Below are positions 10,086 through 18,614 of a stretch of 64,000 nucleotides of DNA, piece after piece. A model generated the notes under the pieces. It made no database searches. It saw only the letters and a list, made by a program, of their open reading frames with translations, and was not told the DNA's origin. Made by a program: the position numbers and the translations under genes. The first letter of the stretch is position 1. Every line of letters begins with the position of its first letter. This DNA is from an uncultured Actinomycetes bacterium. Lineage in GTDB: Bacteria; Actinomycetota; Thermoleophilia; Solirubrobacterales; 70-9. The stretch covers positions 5,491-69,490 of the forward strand of contig CAWGPH010000006.1 of assembly GCA_963824485.1 (NCBI GenBank), given 5' to 3'.

Positions 10086-11412
10086 GTGAAGCGCTTCCAC
10101 GTCACCACCTTCGGGTGCCAGATGAACGTCCACGATTCCGAGCGGATGCGCGGCATGCTCACCTCGCTCGGCTACGAGGAGGTGGCCGAGCGAGGCGAGG
10201 CCGACCTGATCCTCTTCAACACCTGCTCGATCCGCGAGTCGGCTGACAGCCGCTTCATCGCGCATCTCGGCGAGGCGAAGCGGCTGAAGAGCGAAGACCC
10301 GGGCCGCACGGTCGGGGTCGGCGGCTGCTGGGCCCAGTCGGTCAAGGACGAGGTCTTCGAGCGCTTCCCGTTCGTCGACGTCGCCTTCGGCCCGGGCCAG
10401 ATCCACAAGCTGGCCGAGTTCCTCAACTCCGACTCGCTGACCGCCCAGGGCTACTTCGAGTTCGAGGACTTCTCCGGCCACTTGCCGGCCCGGCGCGAGC
10501 GCGAGTTCCAGGGCTGGCTGCAGATCTCCCAGGGCTGCAACTGCGTCTGCTCCTACTGCATCGTGCCCTCGACCCGCGGCCGCGAGGTCAGCCGCGACCC
10601 GGCCGAGCTGATCGCCGAGGCCGAGGCGCTGGCCGCCGACGGGGTGCGCGAGGTGACGCTGCTCGGCCAGAACGTCAACAGCTACGGCCGCGACCTGCCG
10701 CGCGAGCGCCGGCTCAGCTTCGCCGAGCTGCTCGCCCGGGTCGACGCGGTGCCCGGCATCGACCGCATCCGCTACACCAGTCCGCATCCGAAGGACATGA
10801 AGGAGGACGTGATCCGCGCCCACGCCGAGCTGCCGGCGCTCTGCGAGCAGATCCACCTGCCGCTGCAGTCGGGCTCGAGCGCGGTGCTGAAACGGATGCG
10901 GCGGACCTATGACCGCGCCCGCTACATGGACCGCGTCGCGCTGATCCGCGAGCACGTCCCCGACTGCGCGATCACCACCGACATCATCGTCGGCTTCCCG
11001 GGAGAGACCGAAGCCGACTTCGCCCAGACGCTCGAGGTCGCCGAGGAGGTCGGCTACGACGGCGCCTTCACCTTCGTCTTCAGCCCGCGCCGCGAAACCG
11101 AGGCGGCGGACGATGGACGACCAACTGCCGCACGCGGTCAAGGTCGAGCGGATGGAAAGGCTCCTCGAGGTGGTGCAGAGGCGCGCGGCGGAGCGGGCGC
11201 AGCGCTTCGTCGGGCGGACGATGGAGGTGCTAGTCGAGGGGCCGAGCCGTACCGACCCGACCAGGTTGCGGGGGCGAACGCGGCACAACAAGGCCGTCAA
11301 CTTCGAAGGGGTGGCGAGTCCGGGCGAGTTTGTCGATGTGGAGATCGAAAATGCGACTTCTCAGACGTTGGCAGGGGTGTCCGTGAGGCCCCTCTCTCAA
11401 CTTTTTCGGTGA
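10086..11412 (+). pseudogene. miaB: tRNA methylthiotransferase MiaB, reading frame broken by one extra nucleotide near 11105-11113 (true frameshift or sequence error)
   Basis: N-terminal Cys triad (FGCQMN, NTCSIRE, GGCWAQ) and the radical-SAM motif GCNCVCSYC lie in frame 0 up to FSPRRETEAA. The TRAM domain (MDDQLPHAVKVERMERL...VDVEIENAT) continues in the next frame as track ORF 11113..11412. Confidence 0.8.
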
Positions 11413-11481
11413 GGCGGATGAGGACGCACGAGGTGCGGGCAACGAAAAAGTACAAGCCGTTCGGGGCCTCACGGACACCCC
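11374..11481. repeat. Long imperfect palindrome spanning the miaB 3' end and the miaB-miaA spacer
   Basis: Perfect 19-bp arms GGGGTGTCCGTGAGGCCCC (11374-11392) and GGGGCCTCACGGACACCCC (11463-11481). A nested 9-bp pair ACTTTTTCG / CGAAAAAGT lies inside. Confidence 0.5.
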
Positions 11482-11485
11482 TGTA

Positions 11486-12211
11486 ATGGTTCTGGCCGTG
11501 TTCGGTCCCACGGGCGTGGGCAAGACCGGGGCCGCCGTATCTCTGGCTGAATTGCTGCGCGAGCGGGGCGAGGAGCCGGTGGCGATCAACTGCGATGCGC
11601 TGCAGGTGTACGAAGGGATCGACGTGCTTACCGGGGCGGCTACGGCGGCTGAGCAAGCCGTGTTGCCGCATGAGCTGCTGGGGATCGTGCCGGTGACGAG
11701 TGACTTCTCGATCGGGGACTACATGCCGCTCGCGCACGACGCGATCGATCGGGCGCTGGAGGCGGGGCGGACGCCGATCGTGGTGGGGGGGACCGGGCTC
11801 TATCTGCGGGCTGCGCTGGCTGATCTGTCGCTGAAGAAAGTGCCGGCGTTCTCGGGAGAGTCGGAGCTCTGGTCGGGGGAGACGCGGCACCCGACGCGGA
11901 TCTTCGGGCTCGATATGGACCGGGCGCGGCTCTACGAGCGGATCGACGCGCGGGTCGACGCGATCGTCGCCGGGGGCGGGGAGGAGGAGGCGCGGCGGGC
12001 CGCCGCGCTCGGAGCCGGTCGCACCGCGCGCAAAGCGCTCGGCCTGAACGAAATCCTCGCCGGCGACCTGGAGACGATGAAGCGCCGCTCCCGCAACTAC
12101 GCCCGCCGCCAGCTCACCTGGATGCGCAAAATCCCCGACTTGATCACGATCGACCGCACCGATCTCACCGACGCCGAGGTCGCAATCCGCATCCTCGACT
12201 CACTCCGTTGA
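11486..12211 (+). CDS. miaA: tRNA dimethylallyltransferase MiaA
   Basis: P-loop GPTGVGKT, DALQVYEGIDVLTGA and YARRQLTWMR, immediately downstream of miaB. Confidence 0.85.
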   Translation: MVLAVFGPTGVGKTGAAVSLAELLRERGEEPVAINCDALQVYEGIDVLTGAATAAEQAVLPHELLGIVPVTSDFSIGDYMPLAHDAIDRALEAGRTPIVVGGTGLYLRAALADLSLKKVPAFSGESELWSGETRHPTRIFGLDMDRARLYERIDARVDAIVAGGGEEEARRAAALGAGRTARKALGLNEILAGDLETMKRRSRNYARRQLTWMRKIPDLITIDRTDLTDAEVAIRILDSLR

Positions 12212-12222
12212 CACACCCCCGC

Positions 12223-12267
12223 CGATGGGCCGAAAACCGGACAGATGGTCCGGTTTTCGGCCCATCG
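12223..12267. repeat. Palindromic repeat family 2, copy 1
   Basis: Perfect 20-bp stem CGATGGGCCGAAAACCGGAC / GTCCGGTTTTCGGCCCATCG with a 5-nt loop. A near-identical copy lies at 54781-54825. Confidence 0.6.
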
Positions 12268-12310
12268 ACCGCACGCCGTTGCGGGACCGCCACGCAATAG
12301 GGTCCGGGCT

Positions 12311-13156
12311 GTGAAATTTGAGAAGTGGCAGGCGCTCGGGAACGACTATCTGATCCTCGAGGGGGCGGAGCTTCCCTGGGATTTGAACTCGCAGCGGGTC
12401 GAGTGGCTGTGCGACCCGCACTTCGGGATCGGGGCGGACGGGATCCTGCTGTTGGCGCCGAGCGAGGACCCGGAGTTCGTCGCCGAGCTGCGGATCTTCA
12501 ACCCGGACGGCTCGGAGGCCGAGCTGTCCGGCAACGGCGCCCGTGAGGCGATCCTTTACCTGCGCCGCCACGGCTGGACCGACGCCGACGAGTTCGCGAT
12601 CTCGACCGTCGCCGGGCCGATCCGGCCGACGATCACCGGCGAGCTGACCTGCTCGGTCGACATGGGCAACGCCTCGACGACGTCCAAGGACTTCCCCTCC
12701 GGCGGCCCCGACGGCCGCGGCACGGTCTGCTCGGCGGGCCGCGCCTGGGAGTTCCAGCACGTCTCGATCGGCAACCCGCAGTGCGCGATCGTCGTCGACG
12801 CCGACGAGCTGGCCGACCTCGACCTGGAGGAGATCGGGCCGGAGATCGAAGCCTCAGACCTCTTCCCGAACCGCACCAACGTCTCCTTCCTCGCGGTCGA
12901 CGGCTCGACCGTCCGCGCCCGCATCTTCGAGCGCGGCGTGGGGGAGACGCTCTCCTCCGGCACCGGCGCCTCGGGCGCCGCGGTGACCGCTTTCCTCCGC
13001 GGCGCGGCCAGTCCGCTCACGGTGGAGCTCGACGGCGGCGAGCTCGCGGTCGAGATCGGCGAGGACCTGGCGGTCCGCCTCGACGGCTGGGCCGAGCCGG
13101 TCTATGCGGGCGAGGCGTCACCCGAGCTGCTCGCGGCGCTGTCCGAGCAAGACTGA
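12311..13156 (+). CDS. dapF: Diaminopimelate epimerase homologue (DapF fold) with Ser at both catalytic Cys positions
   Basis: FEKWQALGNDYLIL, FNPDGSEAELSGNGAR and FERGVGETLSSGTGA align to the DapF motifs FNADGSEVAQCGNGAR and YERGAGETQACGSGA. A GTG start at 12311 is assumed. Confidence 0.8.
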   Translation: MKFEKWQALGNDYLILEGAELPWDLNSQRVEWLCDPHFGIGADGILLLAPSEDPEFVAELRIFNPDGSEAELSGNGAREAILYLRRHGWTDADEFAISTVAGPIRPTITGELTCSVDMGNASTTSKDFPSGGPDGRGTVCSAGRAWEFQHVSIGNPQCAIVVDADELADLDLEEIGPEIEASDLFPNRTNVSFLAVDGSTVRARIFERGVGETLSSGTGASGAAVTAFLRGAASPLTVELDGGELAVEIGEDLAVRLDGWAEPVYAGEASPELLAALSEQD

Positions 13157-14358
13157 TGGGCCTGGCTTCCAATAATCTCTCCGCGCCCATGGGCATCGCC
13201 GAGCCATCGAAGCGCCTGCAGGCGATCCCGCCCTACATGTTTCAGGAACTGGAGCGCCGGATCGCCGAGAAGCGGGCTGCCGGCATCGACGTGATCAGCC
13301 TCGGGATCGGCGATCCCGACCAGCCGACCTACCCTTACATCGTCGAGGCGATGCAGGCGGCGGTCGCCGATCCGGCCACCCACCAGTACCCCTCGAACCG
13401 CGGCCGTGAGGACTTCCGCGAGGAGTTCGCGAACTTCTACGACCGGCGCTTCGGGGTCGAGATCGACCCGGCGAACGAGGTGATCCCGGCGATCGGCGCC
13501 AAGGAGTGCGTCTACAACCTCTGCAACGCCTTCCTCGACCCGGGCGACGTGGCGCTCGCCTCCGACCCCGGCTACCCGGTCTACACCGGCGGCCCGCTGC
13601 TGCACGGTGCCACCGCCGAGCTGCTGCCGCTGCTCCCGGAGAAGGGCTTCGCGCCCGACCTGGGCGCCGTCTCCGCCGAGGCCGCCGCCAAGGCTCGCCT
13701 GATGTTCATCAACTACCCGAACAACCCGACCGGCGCGGTCGTCCCCGACGGGTTCTTCGCCGAAGTCGTCGACTTCGCCCGCGAGCACGAGATCCTCGTC
13801 GTCCACGACAACGCCTACTCGGAGACGACCTACGATGGCTACGTCGCGCCCAGCTTCCTCGCGACGCCGGGCGCCAAGGAGGTCGGGGTCGAGGTCTTCT
13901 CGCTCTCCAAGGGCTACAACATGACCGGCTGGCGGGTCGGCGCGATCCTCGGCCACCCCGACGCGATCCAGTCCTACTGGCGGCTCAAGACCAACGTCGA
14001 CTCCGGCCTCTTCGAGGCGATCCAGATTGCCGCCGTGGCGGCGCTGCAGGGCCCGCCCGAGCCGCTCGCCGAGCAGAACGCCACCTACCTTCGCCGCCGC
14101 GACCTGGTCGTCTCGGCGCTCAGTGCGATCGGCGTCGAGGTCACCCCACCGAAGGGCACGATCTACGTCTGGGCTCCGGTCCCGAGCGGCCACACCTCAA
14201 CCTCCTTCGCCGAGACCGTCCTCGAAGAGGCAGCGGTGGTCGTCTCACCCGGCTCGATGTACGGGCCGAGCGGCGAGGGCTTTTTCCGCATCTCGCTGAC
14301 CGCCCCCGACGACCGGATCGAAGAGGCCGTCGAGCGGATGCGCGAGCACCTCGCCTAG
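13156..14358 (+). CDS. Class I PLP-dependent aminotransferase, probably LL-diaminopimelate aminotransferase
   Basis: AIPPYMFQELERR, INYPNNPTG and the PLP-lysine motif SLSKGYNMTGWRVG. The start overlaps the dapF stop (TGATG). Confidence 0.8.
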   Translation: MGLASNNLSAPMGIAEPSKRLQAIPPYMFQELERRIAEKRAAGIDVISLGIGDPDQPTYPYIVEAMQAAVADPATHQYPSNRGREDFREEFANFYDRRFGVEIDPANEVIPAIGAKECVYNLCNAFLDPGDVALASDPGYPVYTGGPLLHGATAELLPLLPEKGFAPDLGAVSAEAAAKARLMFINYPNNPTGAVVPDGFFAEVVDFAREHEILVVHDNAYSETTYDGYVAPSFLATPGAKEVGVEVFSLSKGYNMTGWRVGAILGHPDAIQSYWRLKTNVDSGLFEAIQIAAVAALQGPPEPLAEQNATYLRRRDLVVSALSAIGVEVTPPKGTIYVWAPVPSGHTSTSFAETVLEEAAVVVSPGSMYGPSGEGFFRISLTAPDDRIEEAVERMREHLA

Positions 14359-14367
14359 CGCCTCCGC

Positions 14368-14406
14368 GTTCGCACTTATCGTCGGATAGCGACGATAAGT
14401 GCGAAC
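14368..14406. repeat. 39-bp hairpin repeat family 1, copy A (loop GATAG, inverted orientation)
   Basis: GTTCGCACTTATCGTCG-GATAG-CGACGATAAGTGCGAAC with a perfect 17-bp stem, between convergent genes. Confidence 0.8.
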
Positions 14407-14418
14407 TCACCGCGGGCG

Positions 14419-15256
14419 CTAGGTCTCGCGCTCGGCTTTCTTGCGCCAGTAGCGGTCGAGGCCGGCCCACTGGTAGGCGGTCGGCACGGCCTGGAACATC
14501 TCCGCCGCCGTCTCCGGGTCGAGCTGGGCGGCGATCCGCCGCTGCAGGTCGGCCTCGTAGGTCTCCTCGTCCATACCGCGGGCCAGCTCGGCCTCCTCGC
14601 GGAGGCGGCGCCTCGCCGCGGCGAGGTGGGCGGCGAGGGTCGTCGACGGGGCCGAAGTGGGTGAGGGCGAGCCGCTCGGGCGCCCAGGCCTCGACCGTGG
14701 AGATCGACTCTTCCCAGAGCTCGACGTCGATGTCGGGGGGCGGGGTCGGCGGGATCACCAGGTCGGTCGGCGGGATGCGGCAGGCGGCGACGTCGCCGAC
14801 GAAGGCGGTGCCGGTCTCCTCGTGGAGGTAGCAGACGTGGTGCGAGGCGTGGCCGGGGGTGTAGGCGACGCGCATGCCGCGGACGATCTCGCCGCCCGCC
14901 AGCGTCGTCACGTTCGCCTCGGGGACCGGCTGGATCCTGCCCCAGAGGTACTCGAGTTTGTCGCCGTAGAGGCGCTCGGCGCTGGCCAGCAGGCGCGAGG
15001 AGTCGATCAGGTGCGGGGCGCCGCGCTCGTGGACGTAGACCGGCAGGTCGGGCCAGCGGGCGACCATCGCGCCGGTCGCGGCGGCGTGGTCGAGGTGGAT
15101 ATGGGTGAGCAGGATCGCCTCGGGCCGCTCGTCCCCGAGCTTCGCCAGCAGGGTGGGGAGGGAGGACTCGGGCCCGGGATCGACCAGCAGCCCGTCTACC
15201 TCCCAACAGCCGATCACGTGCGGACGGCCGAGGTGCTCGACATCGATCACTCGCAT
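14419..15256 (-). pseudogene. MBL-fold hydrolase, frame broken by one extra nucleotide near 14636-14641 (true frameshift or sequence error)
   Basis: LLTHIHLDHAAATG and TPGHASHH lie in one frame up to THFGPVDD. The plausible C-terminus (LAAHLAAARRRLREEAELARGMDEETYEADLQ...YQWAGLDRYWRKKAERET) is in the adjacent frame and ends at TAG 14419-14421. Confidence 0.7.
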
Positions 15257-15266
15257 CGAGCGGAGC

Positions 15267-16265
15267 CTATGCAGCGGCGGTGCCGGCCGGCAGCCTGCCT
15301 TCGGCCTCGAGCAGTGCGCGCAGGCCCTCTTCGAGGCCACGCGGCTGGTAGCCGAGCTCCCGGGTCGCCTTGTCGTGGCTCGCCCAGAGGGTGACGCCGT
15401 CGGCGGAGGAGATCAGCTCGCGCAGGTTGGGCGGCTGACCCATCAATTTGCCGACCAGCGGGCCGATCGGGATCATCGCCTTCATCAGCCCGGTCGGCAG
15501 CGCGTGTTTCGGCGCCTTCTTGCCGGTCTCGGCGGCGACCACGCCGATCGCCTCGCGCACGGTCGTCACCGGGCCGCTGATGATGTAGGCCTCGCCGACC
15601 TTGCCTTTGTCGAGCGCGAGGATGATCCCGGCGGCGATGTCCTCGACGTGGCTGAGGCAGATGCCCAGCTCGGGGAAGGGCATCAGCGGCATCTTGCCGC
15701 TCAGAAACTGGTCGAGGAGGACGCCGATCGAGGAGGTGTCGCCGGGCCCGTAGACGCCGCCCGGCTGGACGATCACGCAGGGGAGCCCTTCGCCGATCAG
15801 CTTCTTCGCCACCTGATGGGCTTCCCACTTCGTCTTCTCGTACTCAGAGGTGAAGCTGTCGGCGGGGTGCTCGTAGCTCTCGTCGACGACCTGGCCATGG
15901 GTGTTGCCGAAGGCGCCGACGGTCGAGACGTAGACGACCTTGGCGATTTTCGCCTCCAGCGCCGCGCCGAGCACCCGTTCGGTGCCACCGACGTTCGCTT
16001 CGCGCATCGACTGCCGCTCGCTCGCCGGGATCCCGACCTCGTAGACGGCCGCGGCGTGGATCACCGCGTCGCATCCCCCCATGCCGGCGCGGATCGCCCG
16101 TTCGTCGTTCAGGTCGCCAGGGACCAGGGTGCAGCCGAGATCCTCCAGTGGCGCGGCTTTGGCGGGGGTGCGCACCAGCGCCACGACATCGTCACCACGG
16201 GCGCGCAGCTGGCGCACCACGGCACCGCCGATGAAACCCGTCCCTCCGGTGACGAAGACCTTCAC
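15267..16265 (-). CDS. NAD-dependent epimerase/dehydratase (extended SDR)
   Basis: VKVFVTGGTGFIGG Rossmann motif and YEKTK (YxxxK). A GTG start at 16265 is assumed. Confidence 0.8.
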   Translation of the reverse strand: MKVFVTGGTGFIGGAVVRQLRARGDDVVALVRTPAKAAPLEDLGCTLVPGDLNDERAIRAGMGGCDAVIHAAAVYEVGIPASERQSMREANVGGTERVLGAALEAKIAKVVYVSTVGAFGNTHGQVVDESYEHPADSFTSEYEKTKWEAHQVAKKLIGEGLPCVIVQPGGVYGPGDTSSIGVLLDQFLSGKMPLMPFPELGICLSHVEDIAAGIILALDKGKVGEAYIISGPVTTVREAIGVVAAETGKKAPKHALPTGLMKAMIPIGPLVGKLMGQPPNLRELISSADGVTLWASHDKATRELGYQPRGLEEGLRALLEAEGRLPAGTAAA

Positions 16266-16311
16266 GGAGACCACCCTAGACGGCCGAGGCGGCGCCGTAC
16301 AATGGATCGAA

Positions 16312-17646
16312 GTGAGTGGATCGAGGACCGGCCGCGTCACCGAGACGCGGTACACGGCAGAAAACGGCAATGGCGCCGGGGTGGTCAACCGCCGGGCGCG
16401 CCAGCGCGCGCTCGCGATCGGCATCGTCGACGGGCGCGAGGACGGCGAGCCGCTCGCCGAGCTGAAGGAGCTGCTGCGCACGGCGGGCGTCGCGACCGCG
16501 GGCGTCGCCACCCAGCAGCGGCCCAAACCAGATCCCGACCGCTACTTCGGCCGCGGCCGGATCGACGAACTTAAGGCGGATATCAAGGCCGCCGACGCTA
16601 ACCTCGTCGCCTGCGACGACGAGCTGCTGCCGCGCCAGGAGCGCAACCTCGAATCGGCGCTCGAGGTGCCGGTGATCGACCGCACCGCGGTGATCCTCGA
16701 CATCTTCGCCGACCACGCCCACTCGGCCGAGGGCAAGCTGCAGGTCGAGCTCGCCCAGCTCGAATACAACATGGCCCGCATGCGAGGCCTCTGGACCCAC
16801 CTCGAGCGGCTCGGCGCCGGCCGCATCGACGGCGGCATCGGCACCAGGGGTCCGGGCGAGAGCCAGATCGAGACCGACCGCCGACTCGCCCGCGACCGGA
16901 TCTCGGCACTCCGCCGCCGGCTGCGGGAGACCGAAAAGAACCGCGGCGTGATGCGCGCCCAGCGCGCGGCCGCCTCGATCCCCAGCGTCGCCCTCGCCGG
17001 CTACACCAACGCCGGCAAGTCGACCCTGCTGAACGCCCTGACCGGCGCCGAGGTCGGCGTCGCCAACCGCCTCTTCGAGACGCTCGACCCGACCACGCGG
17101 AACTTCGAGCTCTCCGGCCGCGACTACCTGTTGACCGACACGGTCGGCTTCATCGAGAAGCTGCCCCACCAGCTCGTCGAGGCGTTCAAGGCGACCCTCG
17201 AGGAGACGACGCTGGCCGATCTGATCGTCCACGTCGTCGACGCCTCCGAGGCCGAAGAGCGCCGGATCACCGACATGCGCGCGGTCGACGAGGTGCTGGA
17301 GGAGATCGGCGCGGGGGAGAAGCCGCGCCTCCTCGTCCTCAACAAGGCCGACCTGCTGAGTGAGGACGAGCGTCAGGAGGTGGCGCTCGGCCACCCGACC
17401 GCGGTGCTGGTCTCGGCGCTCGCCGGGGAAGGGCTGGACGCACTGCGCGAGCGGATCGAGGCGGCCTTCGTCGAGACCCTGACCGAGGTCGAGCTGCTGA
17501 TCCCCTACAGCCAGGGGGCCCGCCTGCACGAGCTGCACGAGCTCGCCGGCGAGCTGGAGCGGACCGACGGTCCCGACGGCGTCCTCGTCACAGCTCGCGT
17601 CCCGTCCGCGGAGCTACACCGCTTCGACGACCTGGCTGTGGTCTGA
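16312..17646 (+). CDS. hflX: GTPase HflX
   Basis: HflX N-domain (PRQERNLESALEVPVIDRTAVILDIFADHA, GKLQVELAQLEY), G1 GYTNAGKST, DTVGFI and NKAD. Confidence 0.85.
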   Translation: MSGSRTGRVTETRYTAENGNGAGVVNRRARQRALAIGIVDGREDGEPLAELKELLRTAGVATAGVATQQRPKPDPDRYFGRGRIDELKADIKAADANLVACDDELLPRQERNLESALEVPVIDRTAVILDIFADHAHSAEGKLQVELAQLEYNMARMRGLWTHLERLGAGRIDGGIGTRGPGESQIETDRRLARDRISALRRRLRETEKNRGVMRAQRAAASIPSVALAGYTNAGKSTLLNALTGAEVGVANRLFETLDPTTRNFELSGRDYLLTDTVGFIEKLPHQLVEAFKATLEETTLADLIVHVVDASEAEERRITDMRAVDEVLEEIGAGEKPRLLVLNKADLLSEDERQEVALGHPTAVLVSALAGEGLDALRERIEAAFVETLTEVELLIPYSQGARLHELHELAGELERTDGPDGVLVTARVPSAELHRFDDLAVV

Positions 17647-17675
17647 GCAAGGCGAAAGTCTCTACGCTGCGCGGC

Positions 17676-18107
17676 ATGGATCTGCCGGTCATCAAGCTGA
17701 ACGCCGCAGCCGCACTGCCGTCCCGGGCGCACCTAGGCGACGCCGGGCTCGACCTCTACTCGACCGAGGTCGCCCACATCGGCCCTGGCGAGCGCTGGGG
17801 CGTCGGAACCGGGATCGCGATCGAGATCCCCGAGGGCCATGCCGGGCTCGTCCTGCCGCGCTCCGGGCTCGCCCGCGAGCACGGGCTCACGCTGGTCAAC
17901 AGCCCCGGGCTGATCGACGCCGGCTACCGCGGCGAAGTGCGGGTGCTGCTGCTGAACACCGACCCGGCCGAGACCGTGCGGATCGAGGCGGGCGCCCGGA
18001 TCGCCCAGCTGGTGGTGACGCCGGTGACGAACGCCGAGCCGGTCGAGGCGACCGCCCTCAGCGAGTCGGCGCGCGGCGACGGCGGCTTCGGCTCGACCGG
18101 GCGCTGA
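17676..18107 (+). CDS. dut: dUTP diphosphatase
   Basis: AGLDLYS, PRSGLA, GLIDAGYRGEV and C-terminal GFGSTG motifs. Confidence 0.9.
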   Translation: MDLPVIKLNAAAALPSRAHLGDAGLDLYSTEVAHIGPGERWGVGTGIAIEIPEGHAGLVLPRSGLAREHGLTLVNSPGLIDAGYRGEVRVLLLNTDPAETVRIEAGARIAQLVVTPVTNAEPVEATALSESARGDGGFGSTGR

Positions 18108-18121
18108 CTGTACGAGGGCGG

Positions 18122-18571
18122 CTAGATGTCGGAGTCGGCGAGCCGGCCGAGGATCTCGATGGCACGCTCGATCGTGTCGCGGTCGGCCTCGGGCAGCTGT
18201 TCGAGCGCCTTCACCAGCCAGCCCTCGCGGGCGCGGCGGTCGGCTTCGATCCGCGCCCTGCCGGCGGCGGTCAGGCTGACCAGGGCGCGGCGGCGGTCGT
18301 CGGGGTCGGGGCTGCGCGTGACCAGCACGTCGGCCTCGAGGTCGCCAACCGTTTGCGCCATCGACTGTGGCCGCACCCGCTCCGCCATGGCGAGGTCGGA
18401 GACGCTGCACGGGCCTTCGCGGTCGAGCCGGCCGAGCACCGAAGCCTGGTTCAGCGGGAAGAGGTTCTGCTCGGAGCGCAGCCGGCGGATCAGCTGCCCG
18501 ACCACGACCCGCAGGTCGGCGGCGAGAGGTGCGATGTCGGTCTGCGTCGGCACCCACCAACCATAGCGCAA
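18122..18571 (-). CDS. MarR-family transcriptional regulator
   Basis: Winged-HTH MarR pattern (LGRLDREGPCSVSDLAMAERVRPQSMAQTVGDLE...DPDDRR), divergent from an MFS pump. Confidence 0.8.
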   Translation of the reverse strand: MRYGWWVPTQTDIAPLAADLRVVVGQLIRRLRSEQNLFPLNQASVLGRLDREGPCSVSDLAMAERVRPQSMAQTVGDLEADVLVTRSPDPDDRRRALVSLTAAGRARIEADRRAREGWLVKALEQLPEADRDTIERAIEILGRLADSDI

Positions 18572-18587
18572 TTCGACAGGCGAACTG

Positions 18588-18602
18588 CACAGGCTACCTG
18601 TG
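18588..18602. promoter_or_regulatory. Candidate MarR operator palindrome
   Basis: CACAGG-CTA-CCTGTG in the marR/MFS divergent spacer, directly followed by TATTAT (18603-18608). Confidence 0.4.
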
Positions 18603-18614
18603 TATTATGTTGCC

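Noticed and set aside
9279-11300. 673-aa minus-strand ORF opposite the cytochrome c and miaB genes
   Set aside because: It is antisense to motif-bearing genes and has low-complexity Arg/Gly/Ala composition. The same reasoning applies to 18594..20834 (-), 21063..22685 (+), 32919..34928 (+), 12781..13155 (+, upstream extension) and 54859..56082 (+).
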